Origin: an uncultured Clostridia bacterium
Lineage (GTDB): Bacteria > Bacillota > Clostridia > Saccharofermentanales > Saccharofermentanaceae
Direction of reading: 5' to 3'
Length of the DNA: 24,000 nt
Assembly: GCA_905235455.1 (NCBI GenBank)
Contig: CAJOLL010000006.1
Coordinates: 31,835-55,834 of the forward strand
The position numbers were made by a program, and so were the translations under genes. This document shows, one piece after another, positions 1 through 7,825 of the stretch (positions within the stretch are counted from its first letter, which is position 1; each line of letters opens with the position of its first letter). The notes beneath the pieces are model-generated. The model was not told the DNA's origin. It was given only the letters and a program-made list of their open reading frames with translations, and did no database searches.

Positions 1-92
1 CCCATCACCACATATCCGGTCTCCAGTTCTTTTACAAGAAACGGGTTATTGCCGGCTTTGGTCTCATTAATTCTGTCACATACTTTGCACAT
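1..92 (-). CDS. HIT-family-like protein, N-terminal fragment (gene runs off the left edge)
   Basis: Not in the ORF track (too short). The reverse strand from the ATG at 92..90 reads MCKVCDRINETKAGNNPFLVKELETGYVVMG and stays open to position 1. A GGAG lies about 9 nt upstream. CxxC followed by ELETGYVV resembles the N-termini of Firmicute HIT-domain proteins (recalled, not searched). It starts 15 nt after the stop of the 108..653 gene, so it is probably co-transcribed. Confidence 0.35.
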   Translation of the reverse strand, partial: MCKVCDRINETKAGNNPFLVKELETGYVVM

Positions 93-107
93 ACAGCGAA
101 CTCCGAT

Positions 108-653
108 TTATTGTTCTATTATATATTTTTGTATTACCTTATCGCTCCAAATATGAGCTTCGATATACCTTTCCGGTCCAAACTTTCCATCATCATTCCA
201 ATCCTGCGGCATGCCGTATTTCTTTATTATCTCCAGGATCTCATCATACATATAGACCTTTTTCCTGTACTCCTTGCCATCATTCACTCTATCACTGAAT
301 GTAGGCATGGAGTCACCATAAGTAAATGAAACTGTCCGCAGGTCAAATTCCTCTACAGGGATCTTTATGTATCTACACTCTTCATACCAGGTTGATAACC
401 ACGGACTGAATCCCAAAACCATATAGTGAGGCGAATCTATCTCCATGATCCCGCCCTTTTGGGCAAATGCTTCTCGAAGCATCCGCTCGCAATTATGTCG
501 ATATTGCACGTATTTATCATGTCTGGCTGCGCATTGAGAATTGGGGCGTTCTATCTTTATCCTCTCAATGATCTCTCTGGCTTCATCCTGAGGTATAGAA
601 GTCAGACTTCTGAATGGCCCTGTCCTGGCATCATAAAAATGATATAAATACAT
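108..653 (-). CDS. hypothetical protein, no family recognised
   Basis: 181-aa ORF with non-repetitive, globular-looking composition. It lies outside the element on the host side of attR. I recognise no catalytic motif. Confidence 0.6.
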   Translation of the reverse strand: MYLYHFYDARTGPFRSLTSIPQDEAREIIERIKIERPNSQCAARHDKYVQYRHNCERMLREAFAQKGGIMEIDSPHYMVLGFSPWLSTWYEECRYIKIPVEEFDLRTVSFTYGDSMPTFSDRVNDGKEYRKKVYMYDEILEIIKKYGMPQDWNDDGKFGPERYIEAHIWSDKVIQKYIIEQ

Positions 654-873
654 TATTTTCTCCGCTCTGCAAACCCCGATTTGTCTTAGTCAGTTTTACT
701 GATAATTTTCTCGACTAAGGGATTACTCCCTCGGACAAGATAATTATATCATCCGAGTAAAGTTCTATTGATAACTTTTTATGCTGCAGATCCATCAATT
801 GAATATGGTTCTGCTACTGTCTCCAAAATATATGAGTTCGAAATTTGGTGGCTTTTTGGTGGCTTTGAAAACT

Positions 874-898
874 GAAATGCCCTATTTTAGGGCATTTC
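874..898 (-). terminator. displaced native guaA terminator (hairpin, possibly bidirectional)
   Basis: Perfect 10-bp stem GAAATGCCCT (874..883) / AGGGCATTTC (889..898) with a 5-nt loop. On the minus strand it is followed by AGTTTTC, and on the plus strand by a T6 run (905..910). It sits 14 nt beyond the duplicated guaA stop codon at 912..924, where the guaA terminator would lie in an empty site. Confidence 0.6.
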
Positions 899-911
899 CA
901 GCGTTTTTTCA

Positions 912-924
912 TTATTCAAGCTCG
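912..924. repeat. att core copy (attR side): TTATTCAAGCTCG
   Basis: Exact 13-bp direct repeat of 16645..16657, which encodes the last guaA codons (...IELE) plus TAA on the minus strand. Identity stops on both sides of the 13-mer. Confidence 0.75.
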
Positions 925-975
925 TTTCTTATCACGGTTCACAGTATTCTGAAGGGCATATCCTCGTTTGATTTG

Positions 976-991
976 CGTATCATTTGATACG
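976..991. promoter_or_regulatory. isolated fifth copy of the 16-bp palindromic operator CGTATCATTTGATACG, beside attR
   Basis: Identical to the copy at 15852..15867 in the xis/xre switch region. The half-sites CGTATC and GATACG are exact reverse complements. Located about 50 nt inside the element end. Confidence 0.5.
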
Positions 992-1024
992 TTTATCCGT
1001 TGTGTTCGTACAGTTCAATTTCTC

Positions 1025-1045
1025 ATGTACCCAGAATGTACCCAA
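1025..1045 (+). repeat. tandem arm-type repeats ATGTACCCA x2 (11-bp phasing), attR arm
   Basis: TGTACCCAGAATGTACCCAA. The same tandem, TGTACCCAAAATGTACCCAA, occurs in the same orientation at 16567..16586 near the other end. Candidate binding sites for the integrase's AP2-like N-terminal domain. Confidence 0.55.
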
Positions 1046-1049
1046 TGAA

Positions 1050-2750
1050 TCAATCAACACTATCTTTTATTTGCATCATTTTTATCAACATCATTACCAA
1101 TCCATCTATGAACCCAGCTTTCTGTTCAATCAATATTTCGTTAATATCGTTTTTCTCCGTAGTAGCTACACAATTTGCTATGATGTGCTTCACGCGTTTT
1201 TCTGTACTCTCGCTCCACTCTGAACCTTGAGATAAAAACACATTTCTCATTCTATCGGACCACTTGGCATTTCCTTTAAACTCTTTGCACTTAAGATTAA
1301 TATTATACTCATCTTCCAGAGAATCAGCATAAACATCTGCTCTAATACAGTCTTCAAATTCAGATTCTGTAGATCCATTACAAATGGTCATCTTCACCTG
1401 AGAATCCTTTACGAGACCAATCTTTCGTGCTTTATCTATAGCTTCCTTTCCAGCTTTATCATTATCTAGTAATACGACAAAGCTACATAAGCTAGCCTTC
1501 AAATCCATTGCATCATGCGTTAAGTTCCCCACACCTGCCAACGGCTTAATAACTAATTGATTTGATAACAACACACTCCTCAATGCACTGCTTTTCATCG
1601 AAAGAATTCTTTCCAACGCAATCTTATCATTTTCACCCTCGACCAAAAGAACAAACCTGGAATGTTGAAGATTGTCGGATGGGATAACTCCGAGTATATT
1701 CCGTATTTCTTCAATACTTTTAGCAGGTCTAGCAGTACCAGAATCCACAATAATATTTGAGTTCAGTTTATTTTGCCGAACAAACAGAGGATTGTGTGTA
1801 GTTATAATTATTTGGTTGTGCTCAGATAATGAATTTATAACATCAATCAAATTGTGTATTGCGCCAGAATGAAGATGTGATTCCGGTTCTTCGATAGCAA
1901 TTATCGATGCTTTTTTTGTACTAATCCTATCCTTAAGAACGGCTAGAGTAACTAGACTTTTAATCCCATCACCTTTATTTGTAATACTAGTCAGCTCCCC
2001 ATCATCAATTAATACATCAAAGCCGTTATACAAGCGCCAATTCCTTGAGTTTTCACGAAGTTTACGGATACATATCTTTTTTAGATTAGGCAGAAAAACG
2101 TGTAATGGACCAAACAATTGTGCAGAAATATTATCCAGTATTTCTTGCTCTAGACTATCTACTTTGTCCATAGCCTCTACATATTCCTGATTATTCTGCA
2201 ACGATCGCAATTCTCCTGATATTGCCCATCTTAACGCGTCCAAAGCCATCTCTTCAGTTCGAACCGCTTGAATGTAATTGAAAGAAATATTCGTCGAGAT
2301 GAAGTGAGTAACCTGTTTTGAATTCCTGTTATAAGACGATGAACCTTTTTTAGGAACTTCAATTTTGGCCTTGTTATCACGTCCAAACTTAACAGTTATT
2401 GGAATATCTTCATTTCCTCTAATTTTGGTTAAGTCATGAAACTCAGTTAATTCATCTCCTTCCAATCTAAAATGCAGTTTAAAAATCGACTCAAGACCAT
2501 TCTTCCTATTCTGCAGAGATATTGGGAAATCACGATTCCAATTATATAAATACTCGCCCTCCAAATCTCTAAAATGATTATAATCCTGTGAATGCTGTAA
2601 AATAGCGCGCATGGCAATATTTAAAGCGGTAAGAAGATTGGATTTTCCTTCATTGTTTTTACCGACAAGAACTGTCATATCTTGAAGATTAATCTTGTGG
2701 GCTTTCGTTATACTTCTAAAGTTTGTTACTGAAAATTCCACTAATTTCAT
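1050..2750 (-). CDS. OLD-family nuclease (ABC/AAA_15-type ATPase plus C-terminal Toprim), stand-alone class-1-like
   Basis: The ORF-track start at 2756 is a GTG. The ATG two codons in (2750) lies 7 nt after GGAGGA and is preferred. ATPase motifs: Walker A GKNNEGKS, signature-like NKGDGIKS, Walker B IIAIEEPESHLH, TTHNP. Toprim motifs: LLVEGENDK (Glu) and VVLLDNDKAG (DxD). No UvrD-like partner is adjacent. Confidence 0.85.
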   Translation of the reverse strand: MKLVEFSVTNFRSITKAHKINLQDMTVLVGKNNEGKSNLLTALNIAMRAILQHSQDYNHFRDLEGEYLYNWNRDFPISLQNRKNGLESIFKLHFRLEGDELTEFHDLTKIRGNEDIPITVKFGRDNKAKIEVPKKGSSSYNRNSKQVTHFISTNISFNYIQAVRTEEMALDALRWAISGELRSLQNNQEYVEAMDKVDSLEQEILDNISAQLFGPLHVFLPNLKKICIRKLRENSRNWRLYNGFDVLIDDGELTSITNKGDGIKSLVTLAVLKDRISTKKASIIAIEEPESHLHSGAIHNLIDVINSLSEHNQIIITTHNPLFVRQNKLNSNIIVDSGTARPAKSIEEIRNILGVIPSDNLQHSRFVLLVEGENDKIALERILSMKSSALRSVLLSNQLVIKPLAGVGNLTHDAMDLKASLCSFVVLLDNDKAGKEAIDKARKIGLVKDSQVKMTICNGSTESEFEDCIRADVYADSLEDEYNINLKCKEFKGNAKWSDRMRNVFLSQGSEWSESTEKRVKHIIANCVATTEKNDINEILIEQKAGFIDGLVMMLIKMMQIKDSVD

Positions 2751-2763
2751 ATTCACATCCTCC

Positions 2764-5700
2764 TCATGCTACTCTCGCATTATCATTAATACCATCTATA
2801 ACCTTCCGGATTCCCATCCAGACGTTTAGATCCGTAAATATCTCTACCACGCTTCCCTGATCCGTGAATGGTGACTCCTGAAGCACAGACAAATCTTTCA
2901 TCATTCCGTTGTGAACAATATACTCAACAATCTGGTTTACAAAGTATATCTGCCGGCTGTCGAGATCATTGCTCTCAAGATACTCGGAGAAGGCTGCCTT
3001 TGCTGCATTCATATCAAGACCAACGATCTCCCGAACAAGTTCTCCCAACGGCTTAGTACCATATTCCTGCTCATACTCTTCCTTCGTTCCAAGATCCGAC
3101 CAAAGCACCTGTTCCAAAACCTCTATATCATCATGAGACAATGGTATATTTGACTTCAGTTTCTTTATAACTTCATTATCTTGATGCTCCCGGATATAAT
3201 ATTCAGCCTTCGCTTTATAATTCTTCAGATCATCATTATCAAGCTCCGATTCATTCCAGGAAACATCAAGAATATCATCATCGAAGTTTGTATCATAACG
3301 AAGATGCTTCTTTGGAATATACTTCATAAGATCACGAAGATTCTCTCTGATCTCTTCGAACTCGATCACACCACAATCCGTAATATAGTCCGTGTGGAGG
3401 ATCTTATCTATCAGCTCGGACTGTACTTTTATCTCCGGTATATTGGCCACACTTGCAATTCCACTAACACGTTTATACAGATCACTTCGTGCTCTGCCAT
3501 ATTTCTTACCTGCAAGATACGCAAGTTCAATACCATACATAAGTGCATCGAACCGCGCAGCACTTGCCTCGTCATCATTAGGCAATATCAACGGCGCTAA
3601 TTCTTCGCGAACAAGCAATGTATCTGCATATGTCAGCGTTTGATAATTAGCTTCTGCAGAATACAGATCAACATACTTCAGATGCTGTCTGACTGCAAAG
3701 TTCTCACGAGGTAGTTCCTGAACCTTTCCGGTCATCGCTTCCACCAATGCCTTACGGTAAGCTATAAATCTCTCTTCCTGGTAAGCAAGATCCTGCAGCT
3801 TATATGTGATCTCGAACTGCAGATTAAAGATAGCTCCCTGCAGCGCGATCATGTTTGCGGTTGGCTTGCCCTTGCTCATGCGGAAGAACTCGAAGTTCCC
3901 ACAAAAATCAAAAATATAAAACTTACTCTTATCTTCGCCATCAATTAGTCCCGGACACAATCTGGTTCCACGGCCTATCATCTGCCAGAACTTGGCGTAA
4001 CTCATTACCTTCTTGAAGAATACAAGATTCAAAACTTCCGGCACATCAATACCAGTATCCATCATATCAACGGAAATCGCTATCTGCGGGAGTTTGTTCG
4101 GATCAGAGAACTCATCTATCAATGTCTGTGCATAATTTATTCGATTATCAATAACCTGGGCAAAGCCATTTAGGTGCGGATAATCCTTGTTGAAGATCTC
4201 AAGTATCTTCTCCGCATGATCATGATTCTTGGCAAAGATAATCGTCTTACCAAGCTTCTGACCATAGTCGATCTTTATACCGTCTTTCATCACAGTATGA
4301 AGAACCTGACGAATCGTATCCTCATTGAAGATCCATGAATTCAAAGCAGACGAACTAATCGCTTCGGGCAACTCCCCGTCTTCCATTTCAAACGTATCTT
4401 CGTAGATAGCCTTGTCTTCTTCTGAAAGCTCATCATAAACAATGCCTTGTTCAATAAACTTCAACTTTGTCTCTACCGAAAGGAAGTCGACAAGATATCC
4501 GTCATTGACAGCTTGAGCAAGCTCATATCCGTATGTTGGAACACCCTGCTCCAGATCGAAAATCTCATACGTATTCTTATCAATATCATCCTTCGGCGTA
4601 GCAGTAAGACCAACAAGCGGCGCATCGAAGTAGGTAAAGATATCTCTGTATTTGTTATATATTGATCTATGCGCCTCGTCACATATTACAAGGTCGAAGT
4701 GTCCGCTGGTGAAAAGCTTCTGATTCTCAACCTTAACAGTGTCGATACAATTCATCATCGTCTGATATGTCGAGAAGACGCAGTGCGCATTGTAGTTATC
4801 TTTCTCTTCGCAGAGGTTTGTTACAGACAGCGATGAATAGTTATTTACAAAAGCACGCTTCGCCTGCGTAACAAGCGATGTTCTATCTGCCAGGAAAAGG
4901 ATATTCTTTACCCAACCTGCATCGAGAAGCACATGGCAAAGTTCAATTACCGTTCTAGTCTTACCGGATCCTGTTGCCATAACAAGGAGAGCCTTCCGGC
5001 GATTCTTCTTATCGAAACTATCACATACCGCCTTAATGGCCGCTTCCTGATAATATCTTCCGGCGATATTCTTATCTACATTAACATGAGCAAGAGATGT
5101 CCTCATCCTTCTGAGATTGAACATCTTCTCCAGATCGGCTTTGGAATAGATACATGCTACCTTTCTCTCAGGGTACTGCCCGTCTATGATCCTTGTATCA
5201 AATCCATTTGTAAGGAATATGCATGGTCTTCTTTTATACTGCTTCTCAAGAATATCTGCATAAAGTTTCGCCTGCTGGCGACCCTTAGATACATCAACAC
5301 AGGTTCTCTTGGCCTCGATAACGGCGAGAGGTTTGTGTGCATTATCAAAAAGAACATAATCAGCAAAACCCACTTCTGATTTATTTGGCATACCCGGGAG
5401 TTCAAGCTCATTGATCCAATCTGATCCCTCTTTCCATCCGGCATCGATAAGCATTGCATCAATATATATCTTACGAGTCTTATACTCGGAAAGATCTAAC
5501 GGCTTCGGCACATACGTCTCAAGCTGCTCTTCTCGACGAGAGGTCAACTCTTTCCGCAAAGCAGAATTTTCAGCAATAAGTTCTTTTATTTCAACATCCG
5601 GAAACTCAGTTTCAAACTTTGCATCTTCATCTTTTACAAGTAACGATTTATCAAAGGGATGTTCTTCATAATGATCAGCATAACAGTAGCACACGAAGTC

Positions 5701-6054
5701 AAAGAAAATCTGAAGATTCTCAAGACAAAGTATCGCTTGATCCTCAGTAATCTTCTTTCCGGAATGCGCAGCATTATTACCCATCTTACGAATGAAGTCC
5801 ATTCGCTTCATGAGATCATCATCAATAATGTCGCGAAACTCTTCCGTACTCATGAGGCTTATCAAGTTGTCCTGGTACGGCATCTGCAGTGAACTATCTA
5901 CGGAATACATCCACTTGATCGCAAACTCCATTGCTCTCCGGCAGTTGATAATACAGGAAGTAGGATCAATATACAGAATCTTCTCAGCCGCAATTGCCAC
6001 ATCAGAGAATGTGTTAAATTTCGGCTCATTTTTCAAATAATCGAAGTTGGTCAT
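2764..6054 (-). CDS. hsdR: Type I restriction enzyme R subunit (HsdR)
   Basis: 1096 aa. DUF4145-like N-terminus (AIAAEKILYIDPTSCIINCRRAMEFAIKWMY). PD-(D/E)xK nuclease motif (FADYVLFD...AVIEAKR). SF2 motifs: I MATGSGKT, II VICDEAH, III GLTATP, VI QMIGRGTR. C-terminal tail resembling the EcoEI R C-terminal domain. GGGAGG lies 7 nt before the ATG. Confidence 0.95.
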   Translation of the reverse strand: MTNFDYLKNEPKFNTFSDVAIAAEKILYIDPTSCIINCRRAMEFAIKWMYSVDSSLQMPYQDNLISLMSTEEFRDIIDDDLMKRMDFIRKMGNNAAHSGKKITEDQAILCLENLQIFFDFVCYCYADHYEEHPFDKSLLVKDEDAKFETEFPDVEIKELIAENSALRKELTSRREEQLETYVPKPLDLSEYKTRKIYIDAMLIDAGWKEGSDWINELELPGMPNKSEVGFADYVLFDNAHKPLAVIEAKRTCVDVSKGRQQAKLYADILEKQYKRRPCIFLTNGFDTRIIDGQYPERKVACIYSKADLEKMFNLRRMRTSLAHVNVDKNIAGRYYQEAAIKAVCDSFDKKNRRKALLVMATGSGKTRTVIELCHVLLDAGWVKNILFLADRTSLVTQAKRAFVNNYSSLSVTNLCEEKDNYNAHCVFSTYQTMMNCIDTVKVENQKLFTSGHFDLVICDEAHRSIYNKYRDIFTYFDAPLVGLTATPKDDIDKNTYEIFDLEQGVPTYGYELAQAVNDGYLVDFLSVETKLKFIEQGIVYDELSEEDKAIYEDTFEMEDGELPEAISSSALNSWIFNEDTIRQVLHTVMKDGIKIDYGQKLGKTIIFAKNHDHAEKILEIFNKDYPHLNGFAQVIDNRINYAQTLIDEFSDPNKLPQIAISVDMMDTGIDVPEVLNLVFFKKVMSYAKFWQMIGRGTRLCPGLIDGEDKSKFYIFDFCGNFEFFRMSKGKPTANMIALQGAIFNLQFEITYKLQDLAYQEERFIAYRKALVEAMTGKVQELPRENFAVRQHLKYVDLYSAEANYQTLTYADTLLVREELAPLILPNDDEASAARFDALMYGIELAYLAGKKYGRARSDLYKRVSGIASVANIPEIKVQSELIDKILHTDYITDCGVIEFEEIRENLRDLMKYIPKKHLRYDTNFDDDILDVSWNESELDNDDLKNYKAKAEYYIREHQDNEVIKKLKSNIPLSHDDIEVLEQVLWSDLGTKEEYEQEYGTKPLGELVREIVGLDMNAAKAAFSEYLESNDLDSRQIYFVNQIVEYIVHNGMMKDLSVLQESPFTDQGSVVEIFTDLNVWMGIRKVIDGINDNARVA

Positions 6055-6080
6055 ATGACTACCTCCCTCTTACGTTTATA

Positions 6081-6605
6081 TCATTTGAATAATTCCGGTT
6101 CTTCGTTATATAGCTCCAATAACCAAGGTTGCGGAACATAGGTCAATATCATTGCGTTGTTCCACCCTAGTGTAAACACCTGTTCAGGCATGTGTAAAAA
6201 CAAGTTATTAACCAAATAAATTGTATCTCCAGATGTCTTATCTAACGATATCGTTTTATCCTCGCTCCGCAACACCTGCAAAACTATTGCTTTTTGTCTA
6301 GGACTTAATGTCAGAAGCTTCTTCTTCAAGTTTTCTCGAATACGTTTATTTCTTCGTCTTGTAGAAATATCTGAAATAACAGAAAAGATGACTATGGTAG
6401 CTATCAATGCGATGCTCAGCAAAAAGATGATCCCTATAATTCGATTCCATAAGACTGGAAGTTCATTCAGATTCATCTTAGCCAATACCGACTCAGGAAG
6501 AAAAATAAGCAAGCCCGACAGTATCGCAACTGCTGCCAAGGCAGGCGTTATCTTCTTAAAATTATCAAAAGTCTTTTCGACTAAATTGTCAAAAGAAACA
6601 CTCAT
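6081..6605 (-). CDS. small 2-TM membrane protein, SieB (superinfection exclusion B)-like, embedded between hsdS and hsdR
   Basis: The track ORF is 6081..6626, but the internal ATG at 6605 (MSVSFDN...) is preceded by GGGAGGAGAG and the ATG at 6626 has no SD. Two hydrophobic helices (ITPALAAVAILSGLLIFLP and IIGIIFLLSIALIATIVIFSVI) are followed by the basic stretch TRRRNKRIRENLKKK and a roughly 90-aa soluble C-terminal domain. The LIFLPESVLAKMNL motif and the overall layout match my memory of the SieB family (PF14163). Not searched. Confidence 0.5.
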   Translation of the reverse strand: MSVSFDNLVEKTFDNFKKITPALAAVAILSGLLIFLPESVLAKMNLNELPVLWNRIIGIIFLLSIALIATIVIFSVISDISTRRRNKRIRENLKKKLLTLSPRQKAIVLQVLRSEDKTISLDKTSGDTIYLVNNLFLHMPEQVFTLGWNNAMILTYVPQPWLLELYNEEPELFK

Positions 6606-6618
6606 TTTTCTCTCCTCC

Positions 6619-7809
6619 CTATCCAAAATACTCTTGCATCAAACTATCAAAAAGTAATTGAGTTTTTTCTAATGCTTTCTGCACCTCAACTTTTGATTTG
6701 TCGACTTGTTCACAAAATGAGTCAAACTCTATCTGAAGGTTCATAGGCGGCACAAAAGCCTCCAAACTATTAATCATATTTGTATACAGGCCCGCCTGCG
6801 CAGCTGCGTGCGAACAATGATCAATGTCATTCTGAATCGATTCGCTTCTCAATACGTTTATAAGGAAATTACTTGTAACCATTTCCTTATTAGGTTTTAT
6901 CAAAGCGACACTACGGGCCATACTGAATTCACCCATCGTTTCTGGAACTAATGTGCATTTTCCAATTGTTGCCCCTACGCATACAAGGAGCAAATCATCC
7001 TTTTCTGGATTACATCTTTTATATATCTTCTCATGGATCTCTTGAGGAACAAAAGATGTTTCAGATAAATTGATTTCACCATCTTTTGTAATATTACGTG
7101 CCATGAAATAAAGATATCCTTCACCTTCATCAACTCTTGGAACTGTGCCGTGCTCTCCATCAGTAATTTTTGTACTGACATCCTTGAACGTACATTTCTT
7201 CCACCCATGCTCATTTGTTTTTATATCACCAAAGAGCTCGACAAATCGGGCTTTGATAAGTTCATCCAGCATCTCAAGTTCATGTTGTCTTTTTTTAATA
7301 ATCCCTTCCAGTTTAGAAATTCGTTCAATTATCTCTTTTTGCTGATCCAATGCCGGTAGAGATATTTCCATCTTATTGGCATTCTGAATTGTAAAGGTTC
7401 CTACCGTTGTTCCGCTGGAATTTTTGGATATAAAATCCTTTACTTCCTTTGAATCAAATGCCTTTACAAGATATTCCGGCAAGATCCTTTCTGGTGCTTT
7501 TTGTCTAAACCATAGGATATTTCCATCTTTGAAGTAAAACTTGTCTTCTGGTTTTACAATATAACAAACTCCCAACGTGCCAACGCCAGTTACCATTACG
7601 TCACCTGGCTGAGGTTTACCATATTTCTCTGTGTACTCTTCGTAAAGTTCTTCATCTATGAATAGCTCATTATCGACATAACCATCTTCCGATAATCGCG
7701 CAATTTCCCTCGCCCTATAAAAAGGTATTCCCTCTTCTCTCCATTCAGATTGAAAAACTCTTTTACTAGAGCCTATATCATAAAGATTGCTTAGTTTTTC
7801 TTTTGCCAT
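6619..7809 (-). CDS. hsdS: Type I R-M specificity subunit (HsdS)
   Basis: 396 aa. Two variable target-recognition halves are separated by conserved helical spacers: a central LDQQKEIIERISKLEGIIKKRQHELEMLDELIKARFVELFG and a C-terminal QKALEKTQLLFDSLMQEYF. Located within the hsdM...hsdR block. Confidence 0.9.
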   Translation of the reverse strand: MAKEKLSNLYDIGSSKRVFQSEWREEGIPFYRAREIARLSEDGYVDNELFIDEELYEEYTEKYGKPQPGDVMVTGVGTLGVCYIVKPEDKFYFKDGNILWFRQKAPERILPEYLVKAFDSKEVKDFISKNSSGTTVGTFTIQNANKMEISLPALDQQKEIIERISKLEGIIKKRQHELEMLDELIKARFVELFGDIKTNEHGWKKCTFKDVSTKITDGEHGTVPRVDEGEGYLYFMARNITKDGEINLSETSFVPQEIHEKIYKRCNPEKDDLLLVCVGATIGKCTLVPETMGEFSMARSVALIKPNKEMVTSNFLINVLRSESIQNDIDHCSHAAAQAGLYTNMINSLEAFVPPMNLQIEFDSFCEQVDKSKVEVQKALEKTQLLFDSLMQEYFG

Positions 7810-7825
7810 ATCATCCCTACAAATC

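Noticed and set aside
845-866. Perfect tandem 11-mer TTGGTGGCTTT x2 just beyond the displaced guaA terminator
   Set aside because: It has only two copies, lies in host intergenic DNA, and has no partner elsewhere in the window. It may be a small regulatory repeat for the 108..653 gene, but there is too little evidence to assign a function.
1050-2756. Calling the ATPase-Toprim protein GajA, and the locus a Gabija system
   Set aside because: Gabija requires an adjacent UvrD-like GajB. The gene is flanked only by hsdR upstream and the element end downstream, so I call it a stand-alone OLD-family nuclease. GajA-like ancestry cannot be excluded without alignment.
2868-6040. Many 60-150-aa ORFs on the plus strand or in alternative minus frames inside hsdR (for example 3181..3600, 4933..5379, 5184..5462). 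Similar ones occur inside old, hsdS, mrr-like, hsdM, fic, mob, int and guaA.
   Set aside because: All are fully nested in long ORFs with clear family motifs. Their translations are low-complexity, rich in Ile, Leu, Ser or Arg, with no motifs or RBS. This is typical frame noise of AT-rich or GC-rich coding DNA.
6619-7809. Phase-variable hsdS (shufflon or SSR switching)
   Set aside because: There is no second hsdS copy or fragment, no inverted hsdS repeats, no nearby invertase (the only recombinase is the element integrase, 7 kb away), and no long homopolymer or short tandem repeat inside hsdS or hsdM.
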